A stretch of 30,414 nucleotides of DNA from Bacteroidota bacterium (GTDB taxonomy: Bacteria > Bacteroidota > Bacteroidia > Bacteroidales > GWA2-32-17), in NCBI GenBank assembly GCA_037445415.1, contig JBBIKO010000001.1, positions 1-30,414 of the forward strand, given 5' to 3'. The position numbers and the translations under genes were made by a program. Below are positions 1-8,252 of this stretch, piece after piece; positions within the stretch are counted from its first letter, which is position 1, and the number at the start of each line of letters is the position of its first letter. A model generated the notes under the pieces. The model was not told the origin of the DNA and ran no database searches. It saw only the letters and a program-made list of their open reading frames with translations.

Positions 1-1600
1 CTTTATCGTTTAAAAGTCCAACATAATACTTATTATTTGAAAATGTAAAATTTAGCCATTCGGTAAGCAATGTTTTTCCTTTGCTACCTGTAATAGAAAT
101 TAGTGGGATACGATACTTTTTATCTTCGGGGAATAACATAGCAACAAAATTTTTTTCAACGTGTCGTGGAGTTCCTACAGTAGGGTTTATGTGCATTCTA
201 AAATCAGGTGCTGCATTTATTTCAATTACTTTTCCCCCATTTTCGTGCAATGGTACTGAAATATCTTCTGAAATAAAATCAACTCCTGTAACATCGAGTG
301 TTAAAATTTTTGATATACGTTCGCAAATAAAGCAAGTATGTTGATGAACTTTTTCGGTAACATCTACAGACGATGCTCCTAATCGCATGTTGCCACTATT
401 TTTTAAATAAAGTTTTTTATCTTTTTCTAAAACAGATGTCAATTGGTATCCTTTGATATCAAGAATTTTGAGTGTATCATCATCAATTTCTACTTTCGAT
501 AGTTTACCTTTATCGCCCCATTCTCGTTCGGGTTGTGTATTAAGTTCGTCAATTAACTCTTTTATGGTTTTTACATCATCACCTACAATAAAAGGAGCAA
601 TTAACTGAACAGCTGCAACAAATTTCCCATCAATAACCAAAATTCTATATGTGTTACCTTTAATAAATTCTTGAACAATAACTTCTTCGTCGTAAGTTTT
701 TGCCCAAAAAAAGGCTTTTATAATTTTTTCTTCAGTATCTAAATGAACATTTACACGCTTGCCGCGATATCCACTAGAAGGTTTAATTACCAATGGTTTT
801 TGTAATTGATGAAAAAATTTTAATGCATCGTCAACTTTTTTTGTTGTTATACGCTTAGGTACAGGGACACCCATTTCTTCTATCATTTTATAGGTCATGT
901 ATTTATTATCGGTATTTTCTACGGCAAGATAACTTGTATTTTGAGTTATAGTTGCACGTATAACCTTTCGATAGCAACCTGTTCCAAGCTGTACTAAATT
1001 AAACTTATCGAGTCTAAGAGTTGGTATTCGTCGTTTTTGCGCTTCGTTAACAATTTGTTGAGTCGAAAAACCAAGCATACGTTTCTCGCGTATTGTTATT
1101 AAGTTTTCTATAATAGGCTTTATATCAATAATTTGTTTGGTAAGAATATGGTTTAAAATATTTATAGCCATTTTCCCGGCATAAATACCAGCATACTCGT
1201 CAAAAAAGCGAATAACTACATTGTAAACTCCTTTTACTTTTGTTTCGCGAGTTTTACCAAAACCTACATTCATTCCTGCTAAATTCTGTAATTCAATAGC
1301 AACGTGTTCCATTACATGCCCAAGCATTGTTCCTTCTTCCATACGCATGAACAACCCACCACGTTGCTTCATCGAGCAATGATGTTCTATAAGGCTTGGG
1401 ATATGCTCTTTTAATGTTTCGTTGAACCCTTGTATTTGATTGGTTGGCACATCATCATACTCGTTGAGTCGTAAACGAAACCTAATAACCTGTGCACCAC
1501 TAAAATAGTTTGCCCCTAAAAGTGTAGAATGCGATTCGAGTTGTATTGGATAATTTAATATAAATTCGGACAAAAATTTTTGAATTATAGCATCATTCAT
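1..1600 (-). CDS. cphA: Cyanophycin synthetase family protein (CphA-like, divergent); partial, 533 codons, runs off the window's left edge
   Basis: Translated by hand from ATG 1600, open to position 2. N-domain EHHCSMKQRGGLFMRMEEGTMLGHVMEHVAIELQNLAGMNVGFGKTRET; ATP-grasp motifs VIKPSSGYRG and IEINAAPDFRMH; start of Mur-ligase domain RIPLISITGSKGKT. Confidence 0.88.
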   Translation of the reverse strand, partial: MNDAIIQKFLSEFILNYPIQLESHSTLLGANYFSGAQVIRFRLRLNEYDDVPTNQIQGFNETLKEHIPSLIEHHCSMKQRGGLFMRMEEGTMLGHVMEHVAIELQNLAGMNVGFGKTRETKVKGVYNVVIRFFDEYAGIYAGKMAINILNHILTKQIIDIKPIIENLITIREKRMLGFSTQQIVNEAQKRRIPTLRLDKFNLVQLGTGCYRKVIRATITQNTSYLAVENTDNKYMTYKMIEEMGVPVPKRITTKKVDDALKFFHQLQKPLVIKPSSGYRGKRVNVHLDTEEKIIKAFFWAKTYDEEVIVQEFIKGNTYRILVIDGKFVAAVQLIAPFIVGDDVKTIKELIDELNTQPEREWGDKGKLSKVEIDDDTLKILDIKGYQLTSVLEKDKKLYLKNSGNMRLGASSVDVTEKVHQHTCFICERISKILTLDVTGVDFISEDISVPLHENGGKVIEINAAPDFRMHINPTVGTPRHVEKNFVAMLFPEDKKYRIPLISITGSKGKTLLTEWLNFTFSNNKYYVGLLNDK

Positions 1601-1662
1601 AATTAAATTTATTTTTGTAAAATTATAGATAAAAGCTTTTACTGCAAAAAGAAATTTAGAAA

Positions 1663-3174
1663 TTAATATCTATCGAAAGAAAAACCACGGGTACAGATGC
1701 CTAAATGAATAAAATACTCATTTTTTTGCTTATGTTGTTGCTTATTTAATATTACTGTTTCGCCTTTTGTAAACAAACTTATCTCCCACGAAGGTTTTAT
1801 TGTGTAGTTTATAGAAAGGCTTAGATATTTTACGTTTGTATTAGAACCAATTAGCAAATAGTTGCCATATTCTTGCCGTTTATCTTGATACGAACGATGT
1901 ATATTGTTCCCTGCATTAAATTGACTTGTTCCTTCACCTTGTCTGAAATAAACTCCAAATAATTCGAACAACCATTTTTTATATTTGACCGAAAACTGGC
2001 TTAGCCATTCAATAAAATTTGCTCCTAACGGATGTGCAATTGGTTGATGCATGTGCCCCCAAGTACGCAAATAGTCGCTATGTGCATAAGTAAAGGGTCT
2101 TGCGGTATTTAATTCTAATCTGTAAAATAAAGTAGAATTATTTACTTTTAAAAAAGTTTTTGCTCCTAATTGAATACCGTATTTATTCCCCCACCAGTAT
2201 TTATTATTTCGCAATTCGTCAATTTTAAATTCATCGAGAATAAATTGATGGTAGAGATGCAGTATTTTTTTTATACTTAAATTAAAACCTGCCCCCATAA
2301 TTACATTATCTGGCGAACCAAGCGAGAATTCGATTGGGCGAAAAAAAATTATTGGATTAAGGTAATTTATATCGAAATAACGATTACCAATGCTGTCTTT
2401 TGTTTGCCATATAACCGTTTCAAAAGCATGAATACTAAAGTGTTTGTTTATGTTCCAGCTTAAATAATGAAGTGTACTATTTTTACGTGTGTATTTCATA
2501 TTAAAATTTTTCCATCGAGGTTCTTCTAAAAAGCTATATAGCACAAAATATTGAACTTTCCATTTTTTTGCAGTTCCTTTAATGTAATGAAATGGTGAAG
2601 CATTATCGGACAAAAACAAAGACCTGTGTCCTTCGCCTAAAAAATGTTTGCCAAAACCAATATCAAACCATAAAAAAGGAAATGTTTGCCAGTGTAAGTT
2701 ATAATTTAGCGATGTTTTAGCCCAAATATTATTACTTAAAATAGAATATTTGCCTATGCTGGGAATTATTCCTATAGAATCACTTTTAAAAATTAGCCAT
2801 TCATAGGGTGATATAAAATATTGATTAAATATTGTTTGAAACGATAATTTCTTTTTGTAGTAAACATTTGCAAAAAAACCGTAAGATTGATACCAATTAG
2901 AATTTTGATTTATAGAATTGTTAATAAGTGGTAATATTGTAAATCCAATTGAAGTATCTTTTTTTAAAGGCAAAATAGTAAAGTTTAAGTTTTCAATAAG
3001 TTTTTTAGAATTCAAAACAAAGGGTTTAATAGACGTATGAACAGAACTATCAGAATAAAGCATTTCTTCTATTTTAATTTGCTGTTTATTTATAAAAGGA
3101 TACGAAAGCCATTGTGCCTGTATATAGTTCTGAATAAGGAAAAATAATATTAAGCAAAGTTTAATTTTTACCAA
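1663..3174 (-). CDS. Outer-membrane beta-barrel protein, Wzi-like / 'gliding motility protein RemB'-annotated Bacteroidota family
   Basis: Long ORF with motifs FILDEFK, WGNKYGIQLG, RLELNTARPFTYAH, HQPIAHPLGANF. The track's TTG at 3204 lies inside a -7 promoter box; in-frame TTG 3174 gives a signal peptide (MVKIKLCLILFFLIQNYIQA). Start is uncertain. Confidence 0.6.
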   Translation of the reverse strand: MVKIKLCLILFFLIQNYIQAQWLSYPFINKQQIKIEEMLYSDSSVHTSIKPFVLNSKKLIENLNFTILPLKKDTSIGFTILPLINNSINQNSNWYQSYGFFANVYYKKKLSFQTIFNQYFISPYEWLIFKSDSIGIIPSIGKYSILSNNIWAKTSLNYNLHWQTFPFLWFDIGFGKHFLGEGHRSLFLSDNASPFHYIKGTAKKWKVQYFVLYSFLEEPRWKNFNMKYTRKNSTLHYLSWNINKHFSIHAFETVIWQTKDSIGNRYFDINYLNPIIFFRPIEFSLGSPDNVIMGAGFNLSIKKILHLYHQFILDEFKIDELRNNKYWWGNKYGIQLGAKTFLKVNNSTLFYRLELNTARPFTYAHSDYLRTWGHMHQPIAHPLGANFIEWLSQFSVKYKKWLFELFGVYFRQGEGTSQFNAGNNIHRSYQDKRQEYGNYLLIGSNTNVKYLSLSINYTIKPSWEISLFTKGETVILNKQQHKQKNEYFIHLGICTRGFSFDRY

Positions 3175-3201
3175 AATCTTTATTTTTATGTTAACAAATT
3201 T

Positions 3202-3209
3202 CAAAGGTA
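3202..3209 (-). promoter_or_regulatory. Bacteroidota sigma-A -7 box TACCTTTG
   Basis: Matches TAnnTTTG, upstream of the Wzi/RemB-like gene. Confidence 0.55.
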
Positions 3210-3222
3210 AGAAAAAAGCTAT

Positions 3223-3230
3223 TATTTTTG
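3223..3230 (+). promoter_or_regulatory. Bacteroidota -7 box TATTTTTG
   Basis: Matches TAnnTTTG, 4 nt before ATG 3235. Confidence 0.5.
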
Positions 3231-3234
3231 AAAC

Positions 3235-4257
3235 ATGATAGCTATAACAGGTTCAACTGGCTTTGTTGGTTCTCACCTTTTATTAGAGTTATTAAAAAAT
3301 GGTAAAACTGTTCTTGCATTAAAACGCCCACAGTCTGATATATCATTTACAAAAAGAGTATTTGATTTACATGATTGTTCGCATTTGTTCAACAAAATTC
3401 AGTGGGTTGACTGCCATTTGTCAAAATACAGCGAAGTTGTTGAAGTTTTTAATGAAGTTGACTTTGTAATTCACGGTGCAGCGCAAGTAAACATAAACGA
3501 AACAGGAAATAAAGGAATGATTGAAAAAAACATTAAAATAACTGAAAATGTTGTAAATGCGGCTATTTTACAAAATGTAAAACGATTTTGCTATATAAGT
3601 TCAATTGCAACCATTACGCAAACAATAGATGGAATTGGCAAAGAAAACTCCACTTTTGAGATACTTACAACTGAACACCCATATACAGTTTCGAAATGTT
3701 TTGCTGAGTTGGAAGTTTGGCGTGGAATACAAGAAGGACTGCCTGCATTTATAGTAAATCCATCAATAATTTTAGGTTATAGTCGTCAGTGGAACATTTT
3801 CGAATCAATAATTCATCAACTAAAAAAAGGTTTTATGTATTACCCATCGGGGAAAGGGAGCTTTGTTGATATTAGAGATGTTGTACGAATAATTTTACAT
3901 CTTACTTTCAACACATCTATAACAAATCAGCGGTTTATTTTAACATCTGAAAATATTTATTACAAAGAGTTTTATACCTACTTGTTAGAATTGCTAAACA
4001 TTAAAAAAAAGCTAAAACTTATTAGTAAAGAAAAACTAATTATGATAGGATATTTTGGAGAAATAATGTCTGTAATATCAAAGAAAAAATTTATTAATAC
4101 TTATACCGCTAAGCTATTGAACAAAGAACTATGTTATACTAACGAAAAGATAACAGATGTTTTGCAATATAAATTTATACCTGTAAAAGAAAGTATAAAA
4201 CACATGTTCGAAGTTTATAATAAAATAAACGCAAGTGTAGATCTTTATACCAAATAA
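3235..4257 (+). CDS. NAD-dependent epimerase/dehydratase (extended SDR)
   Basis: GSTGFVG Rossmann motif; YTVSK (YxxxK); IVNPSIILG; FVDIRDV. Confidence 0.9.
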   Translation: MIAITGSTGFVGSHLLLELLKNGKTVLALKRPQSDISFTKRVFDLHDCSHLFNKIQWVDCHLSKYSEVVEVFNEVDFVIHGAAQVNINETGNKGMIEKNIKITENVVNAAILQNVKRFCYISSIATITQTIDGIGKENSTFEILTTEHPYTVSKCFAELEVWRGIQEGLPAFIVNPSIILGYSRQWNIFESIIHQLKKGFMYYPSGKGSFVDIRDVVRIILHLTFNTSITNQRFILTSENIYYKEFYTYLLELLNIKKKLKLISKEKLIMIGYFGEIMSVISKKKFINTYTAKLLNKELCYTNEKITDVLQYKFIPVKESIKHMFEVYNKINASVDLYTK

Positions 4258-4271
4258 CCACTTATTTTTCT

Positions 4272-4973
4272 TTATCCTATAAACTTATAACCAACACCTT
4301 TAATAGTTTCGATAAATTCTCCTCCAATTTTTTCACGTATTTTTCTTATGTGAACATCAATGGTTCTATCGCTTACAAATACATCGTTTCCCCAAACTTT
4401 TGTATAAATCATATCGCGAGTAATAACTTGTTCGGGTTTTGATGCCAATAAAACCAACAATTCAAACTCTTTTCGTGGCAATTTGATAACTCCTTCGCCT
4501 TTAATAACAAGTCGCTTATCTATATCAATAATAATTTTATCGAAGACAATTTTATTTGTTTTATCAGTAGTTGTTTCTACCACAAAACGTCTTAATAGAG
4601 TTTGTATTTTTTTCATTAAAACTTTTGGTTTGATTGGTTTTGTTATATAGTCGTCGGCCCCAGCCTCTAAACCTAAAATTTGAAAAAAGTCTTCGCTACG
4701 AGCGGTTAAAAATACAATGATGCATTTATTTACAGCAAAATCTTCGATAGAACGTAACTCTTTACATACTTGCATTCCATCCATTTTAGGCATCATTATA
4801 TCGAGCAAAATAAGATTTGGTTTAAACTTTTTAGATTTTACTATTGCTTCTTCCCCATCGTAAGCAGTTTGAACTTCGTAACCTTCCTGAATTAAGTTGT
4901 AAGTCAGCATTTCTACAATATCGGGTTCGTCATCAACAACTAATACCCTATTTTTTTTTTCGTTTGAACTCAT
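4272..4973 (-). CDS. phoP: OmpR/PhoB-family response regulator (PhoP-like)
   Basis: Receiver domain VLVVDDE, LLDIMMPKMDG, GADDYITKP; winged-helix domain RTIDVHIRKIREK, TIKGVGYKF; directly downstream of a PhoR-like kinase. Confidence 0.85.
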   Translation of the reverse strand: MSSNEKKNRVLVVDDEPDIVEMLTYNLIQEGYEVQTAYDGEEAIVKSKKFKPNLILLDIMMPKMDGMQVCKELRSIEDFAVNKCIIVFLTARSEDFFQILGLEAGADDYITKPIKPKVLMKKIQTLLRRFVVETTTDKTNKIVFDKIIIDIDKRLVIKGEGVIKLPRKEFELLVLLASKPEQVITRDMIYTKVWGNDVFVSDRTIDVHIRKIREKIGGEFIETIKGVGYKFIG

Positions 4974-4984
4974 AATTTATATTT

Positions 4985-6019
4985 TTATGCTTTATCTAAA
5001 GTAAAACTAAACGAAGAACCAACACCGTAAGTGCTCTTTACATAAATAGATTGATTATGTGCTTCTAAAATATGCTTAACTATAGCTAAACCGAGCCCTG
5101 TTCCTCCATAAGAGCGACTTCGGCTTTTATCTACTCTATAAAATCTTTCAAAAATTCTATCTAAATACTTTTCTTCAATTCCTATTCCGTTATCCGAAAC
5201 TTCAACTAAAACTCTTTCGTGCATATCGTGTATGTAAATAGTTGTTTTGCCTCCTTCTTTTCCATAGTTTATGGAATTCAAAACTAAATTATACAGAACG
5301 TCGGCTATTCGTTGTCTGTCGGCACGTACCAAATACGGTTTATTGGGGTTGATAATAAAAAACTTTATGTTTCGCTCGTTTGCTTTATTATCAAGCATTT
5401 CGAATATTTCTTTAATCAATTTCATAATATCAAAATCTTCTATGTATAAAGTCAAACTTTCATTTTCCAATTTCGAAATACTTTCTAAATCTTGAATAAT
5501 GGAAATCATTCTGTTAATATTTTTCTCTGCTTTTTCTAAAAACTTGCGATTTATATCAAAATCTTCCAAAGCACCATCAAGCAAAGTCGTTATATATCCT
5601 TGTATTGAAAACAATGGTGTTTTTAATTCGTGCGAAACGTTTGCTAAAAACTCACGTCTGAATTTTTCATTCTTTTTTAATCTATCTATCTCATTATTTT
5701 TTTGAATAACCCAATTGGCTACATCTATGTTTGCTTTTTTTAAGATGTTTAACGACTTTTTAAAACTTTCTTCATCTTTTGGTTGAGAAATAATTTTATA
5801 CAAAGGAAAAACTTTATTGTTAATAATTTTACTTATGAATACATAAGAGAGCCAATAAACAATTGCAAATTGAAAAATTATAATTGCCGAAAGCAATAAA
5901 ATTGATGAAATCTGATTTTCAAATAAATTAAATAAAGATAAGATGGTTATTAAAAGAATTGTACAGACTAAAGCTAATATTAAAGAAACTTTACGTGGTG
6001 TGTATATTTCAAAATTCAT
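4985..6019 (-). CDS. phoR: Sensor histidine kinase (PhoR-like)
   Basis: Two N-terminal TM segments; H-box EFLANVSHELKTPL; HATPase motifs NSINYG, DNGIGI, FERFYRVDKSRSR, GTGLGLAIVKH. Confidence 0.8.
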   Translation of the reverse strand: MNFEIYTPRKVSLILALVCTILLITILSLFNLFENQISSILLLSAIIIFQFAIVYWLSYVFISKIINNKVFPLYKIISQPKDEESFKKSLNILKKANIDVANWVIQKNNEIDRLKKNEKFRREFLANVSHELKTPLFSIQGYITTLLDGALEDFDINRKFLEKAEKNINRMISIIQDLESISKLENESLTLYIEDFDIMKLIKEIFEMLDNKANERNIKFFIINPNKPYLVRADRQRIADVLYNLVLNSINYGKEGGKTTIYIHDMHERVLVEVSDNGIGIEEKYLDRIFERFYRVDKSRSRSYGGTGLGLAIVKHILEAHNQSIYVKSTYGVGSSFSFTLDKA

Positions 6020-6029
6020 TAAAAAAATC

Positions 6030-6037
6030 TAACTTTG
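6030..6037 (+). promoter_or_regulatory. Bacteroidota -7 box TAACTTTG for the pepP operon
   Basis: Matches TAnnTTTG, 54 nt upstream of ATG 6092. Confidence 0.55.
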
Positions 6038-6091
6038 TGTTTGTGTAAAATTATAAAGTTAATATTAATTAAACGTTAAATTTTTTGTTTT

Positions 6092-7491
6092 ATGTTTCAA
6101 AAAAATACATATTTAGAAAGAAGAAAAAAATTAACCTCACTTGTTAAAGACGGGATTATTTTACTATTAGGCAATAAAGAATCGTCGCTAAATTATCCTG
6201 CTAATTGTTATCCTTTTCGTCAGGATAGCTCTTTTATGTATTTTGTTTGTATAAATTTACCAAATTTGGCAGTAATTATAAATGTTAATAATAATAAAAC
6301 CACATTATATGGCGATGATGTAGACATTAACAGCATTATCTGGATGGGTAATAAACCTTCAATGAAAGAACTAGGAGAATTGTCTGGTATTGAAACAGTT
6401 AAACCTTACAACGATTTATTCAATGACGTCGAAGATTTTGTAAAGAAAAATACAACTATTCATTTCCTTCCACCATACAGAGATGCAAATAAAATTTTAC
6501 TTAATCAATTGTTAAATATTCCTTTTGCAGAACTTAAACAAAAAGCATCAGCCGAATTGTGCAAGGCCGTTTCTTTGCTTCGTTCTGTTAAAGAACAACA
6601 AGAAATTGATCACATAGAACAAATAATGAATGTTGCTTACAAAATGCACACAACCGCAATGCAAATGGCTCAAGATGGAATTTGGGAACAATCAATTGCT
6701 GGAACTATTGAAGGAATAGCACTACAACACGGAGCAAGAGTATCTTTCCCAGTTATATTATCGAAACATGGCGAAATTTTACATAATCATCATCACGATA
6801 ATATTTTAAAAAATGGCGATTTGCTATTATGCGATGCCGGATTTGAATCGTTCGAAGGATATGCAACAGACCATACACGAACTATTCCTGTTGGCGGAAC
6901 ATTTACAAATCAGCAAAAAGAAATTTATCAAATAGTTTTAAATGCCCAAAAACGTGCTATTGAAATTTTAAAACCCGGCGTATATTTTCGTGATGTACAT
7001 ATTGCAGCTTGCACAGAAATTGCCAAAGGATTAACAGAGTTGGGTTTAATGAAAGGCGATTATAATGAAGCTGTAAAACAAGGAGCTCATGCATTATTTT
7101 TTCCACACGGCTTGGGACACATGATGGGGTTAGACGTTCACGATATGGAAGACATTGGAGAACAATTTGTAGGATACGATGATACTATTGAACGAAGCAA
7201 AGAATTTGGACTAGCTTATTTGCGTTTTGCTAAAAAAGTACAGCCAGGCTTCGTATTAACAGTAGAACCCGGAATATATTTTATCCCTGCACTTATTGAT
7301 GGGGCACCGAACAAAAGCATAAAGATTTTATAAATTACGAAAAAGTTAAAATTTATAAAACATTTGGTGGAGTACGATTAGAAGACGATGTACTAATTAC
7401 AGAAACCGGTTGTAGAATTTTAGGCGAGAAAAGAATCCCTATTGAACCTATTGATGTTGAAAAGGAAGTTAAAAAAGGAACAGTAAAATGA
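6092..7491 (+). pseudogene. pepP: Xaa-Pro aminopeptidase (M24B), frameshifted at about 7300 as assembled
   Basis: AMP_N domain FRQDSSFMYF; metal ligands DAG, TDHTRT, HGLGHMMGLDVHD, TVEPG. The track ORF stops at 7333, but the -1 frame from 7300 reads WGTEQKHKDFINYEKVKIYKTFGGVRLEDDVLITETG and ends at TGA 7489-7491, overlapping the next ATG (ATGA). Confidence 0.9.
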
Positions 7492-8252
7492 AAAATTTAC
7501 TATCGCATATTAGCTATGGTAAAGGTAAGCCAATAGTTTTTCTTCATGGCTATTTAGAAAACAAATATTTATGGCAATCTATCTTCAATCATTTTAAAGA
7601 ATATCATTGCATAGCATTCGACTTGCCCGGTTGTGGCGAATCAGAAGTACAACCTGAGCAAACAATTAACAGCATGGCTACTGCTGTAAAAAATACACTC
7701 GAGCAATTTAATATTAACAACGCAATAATTATTGGGCATTCGATGGGAGGCTATGTAGCATTAAGTTACGCAGAAATGTTTCCTTCTAATGTTAATGGTT
7801 TGGTGTTACTAAACTCACATCCATTTGCCGATTCAGACGAAAAAAGAAAAAACAGAGAACAAGAAATTAAACTTATCGAACAAGGAAAAAAATCGTTGCT
7901 TGTAAACAATTTTATACTAAAACTTTATGCTCCATCTTTTCAGTACCAAGAAAAATTGGAACACAGCCGTAAAATGGCAGAATTAACTTGCCCAAAAGGG
8001 ATGATATCATGTTTAAAAGCAATGGCTAATCGTAGCGATAAAACACATAATATACATAATGCAACCTTTCCAATATTATGGATATACGGAGAGTTTGACC
8101 AGCTTTTTTCTGCTGAATTAGCAGATAAATTTCATACAGAAAATAATCGTTTAACAAAAATAAAAATTAAAAATACAGGGCACATGGGAATGTACGAAGC
8201 AGAAGAACAGGTAGTAAAATCTATAAAACAATTTTTGCTTTTATGTACATAA
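7488..8252 (+). CDS. Alpha/beta fold hydrolase
   Basis: FLHGYLE oxyanion motif; GHSMGG nucleophile elbow; GEFDQL (Asp); GHMGMYE (His). Confidence 0.9.
   Translation: MKNLLSHISYGKGKPIVFLHGYLENKYLWQSIFNHFKEYHCIAFDLPGCGESEVQPEQTINSMATAVKNTLEQFNINNAIIIGHSMGGYVALSYAEMFPSNVNGLVLLNSHPFADSDEKRKNREQEIKLIEQGKKSLLVNNFILKLYAPSFQYQEKLEHSRKMAELTCPKGMISCLKAMANRSDKTHNIHNATFPILWIYGEFDQLFSAELADKFHTENNRLTKIKIKNTGHMGMYEAEEQVVKSIKQFLLLCT

Noticed and set aside
81-344. Track ORF, 87 aa, plus strand
   Set aside because: Antisense shadow of cphA, which has clear family motifs on the minus strand.
5271-5705. Track ORFs 5271-5495 and 5499-5705
   Set aside because: Antisense shadows of the histidine kinase.
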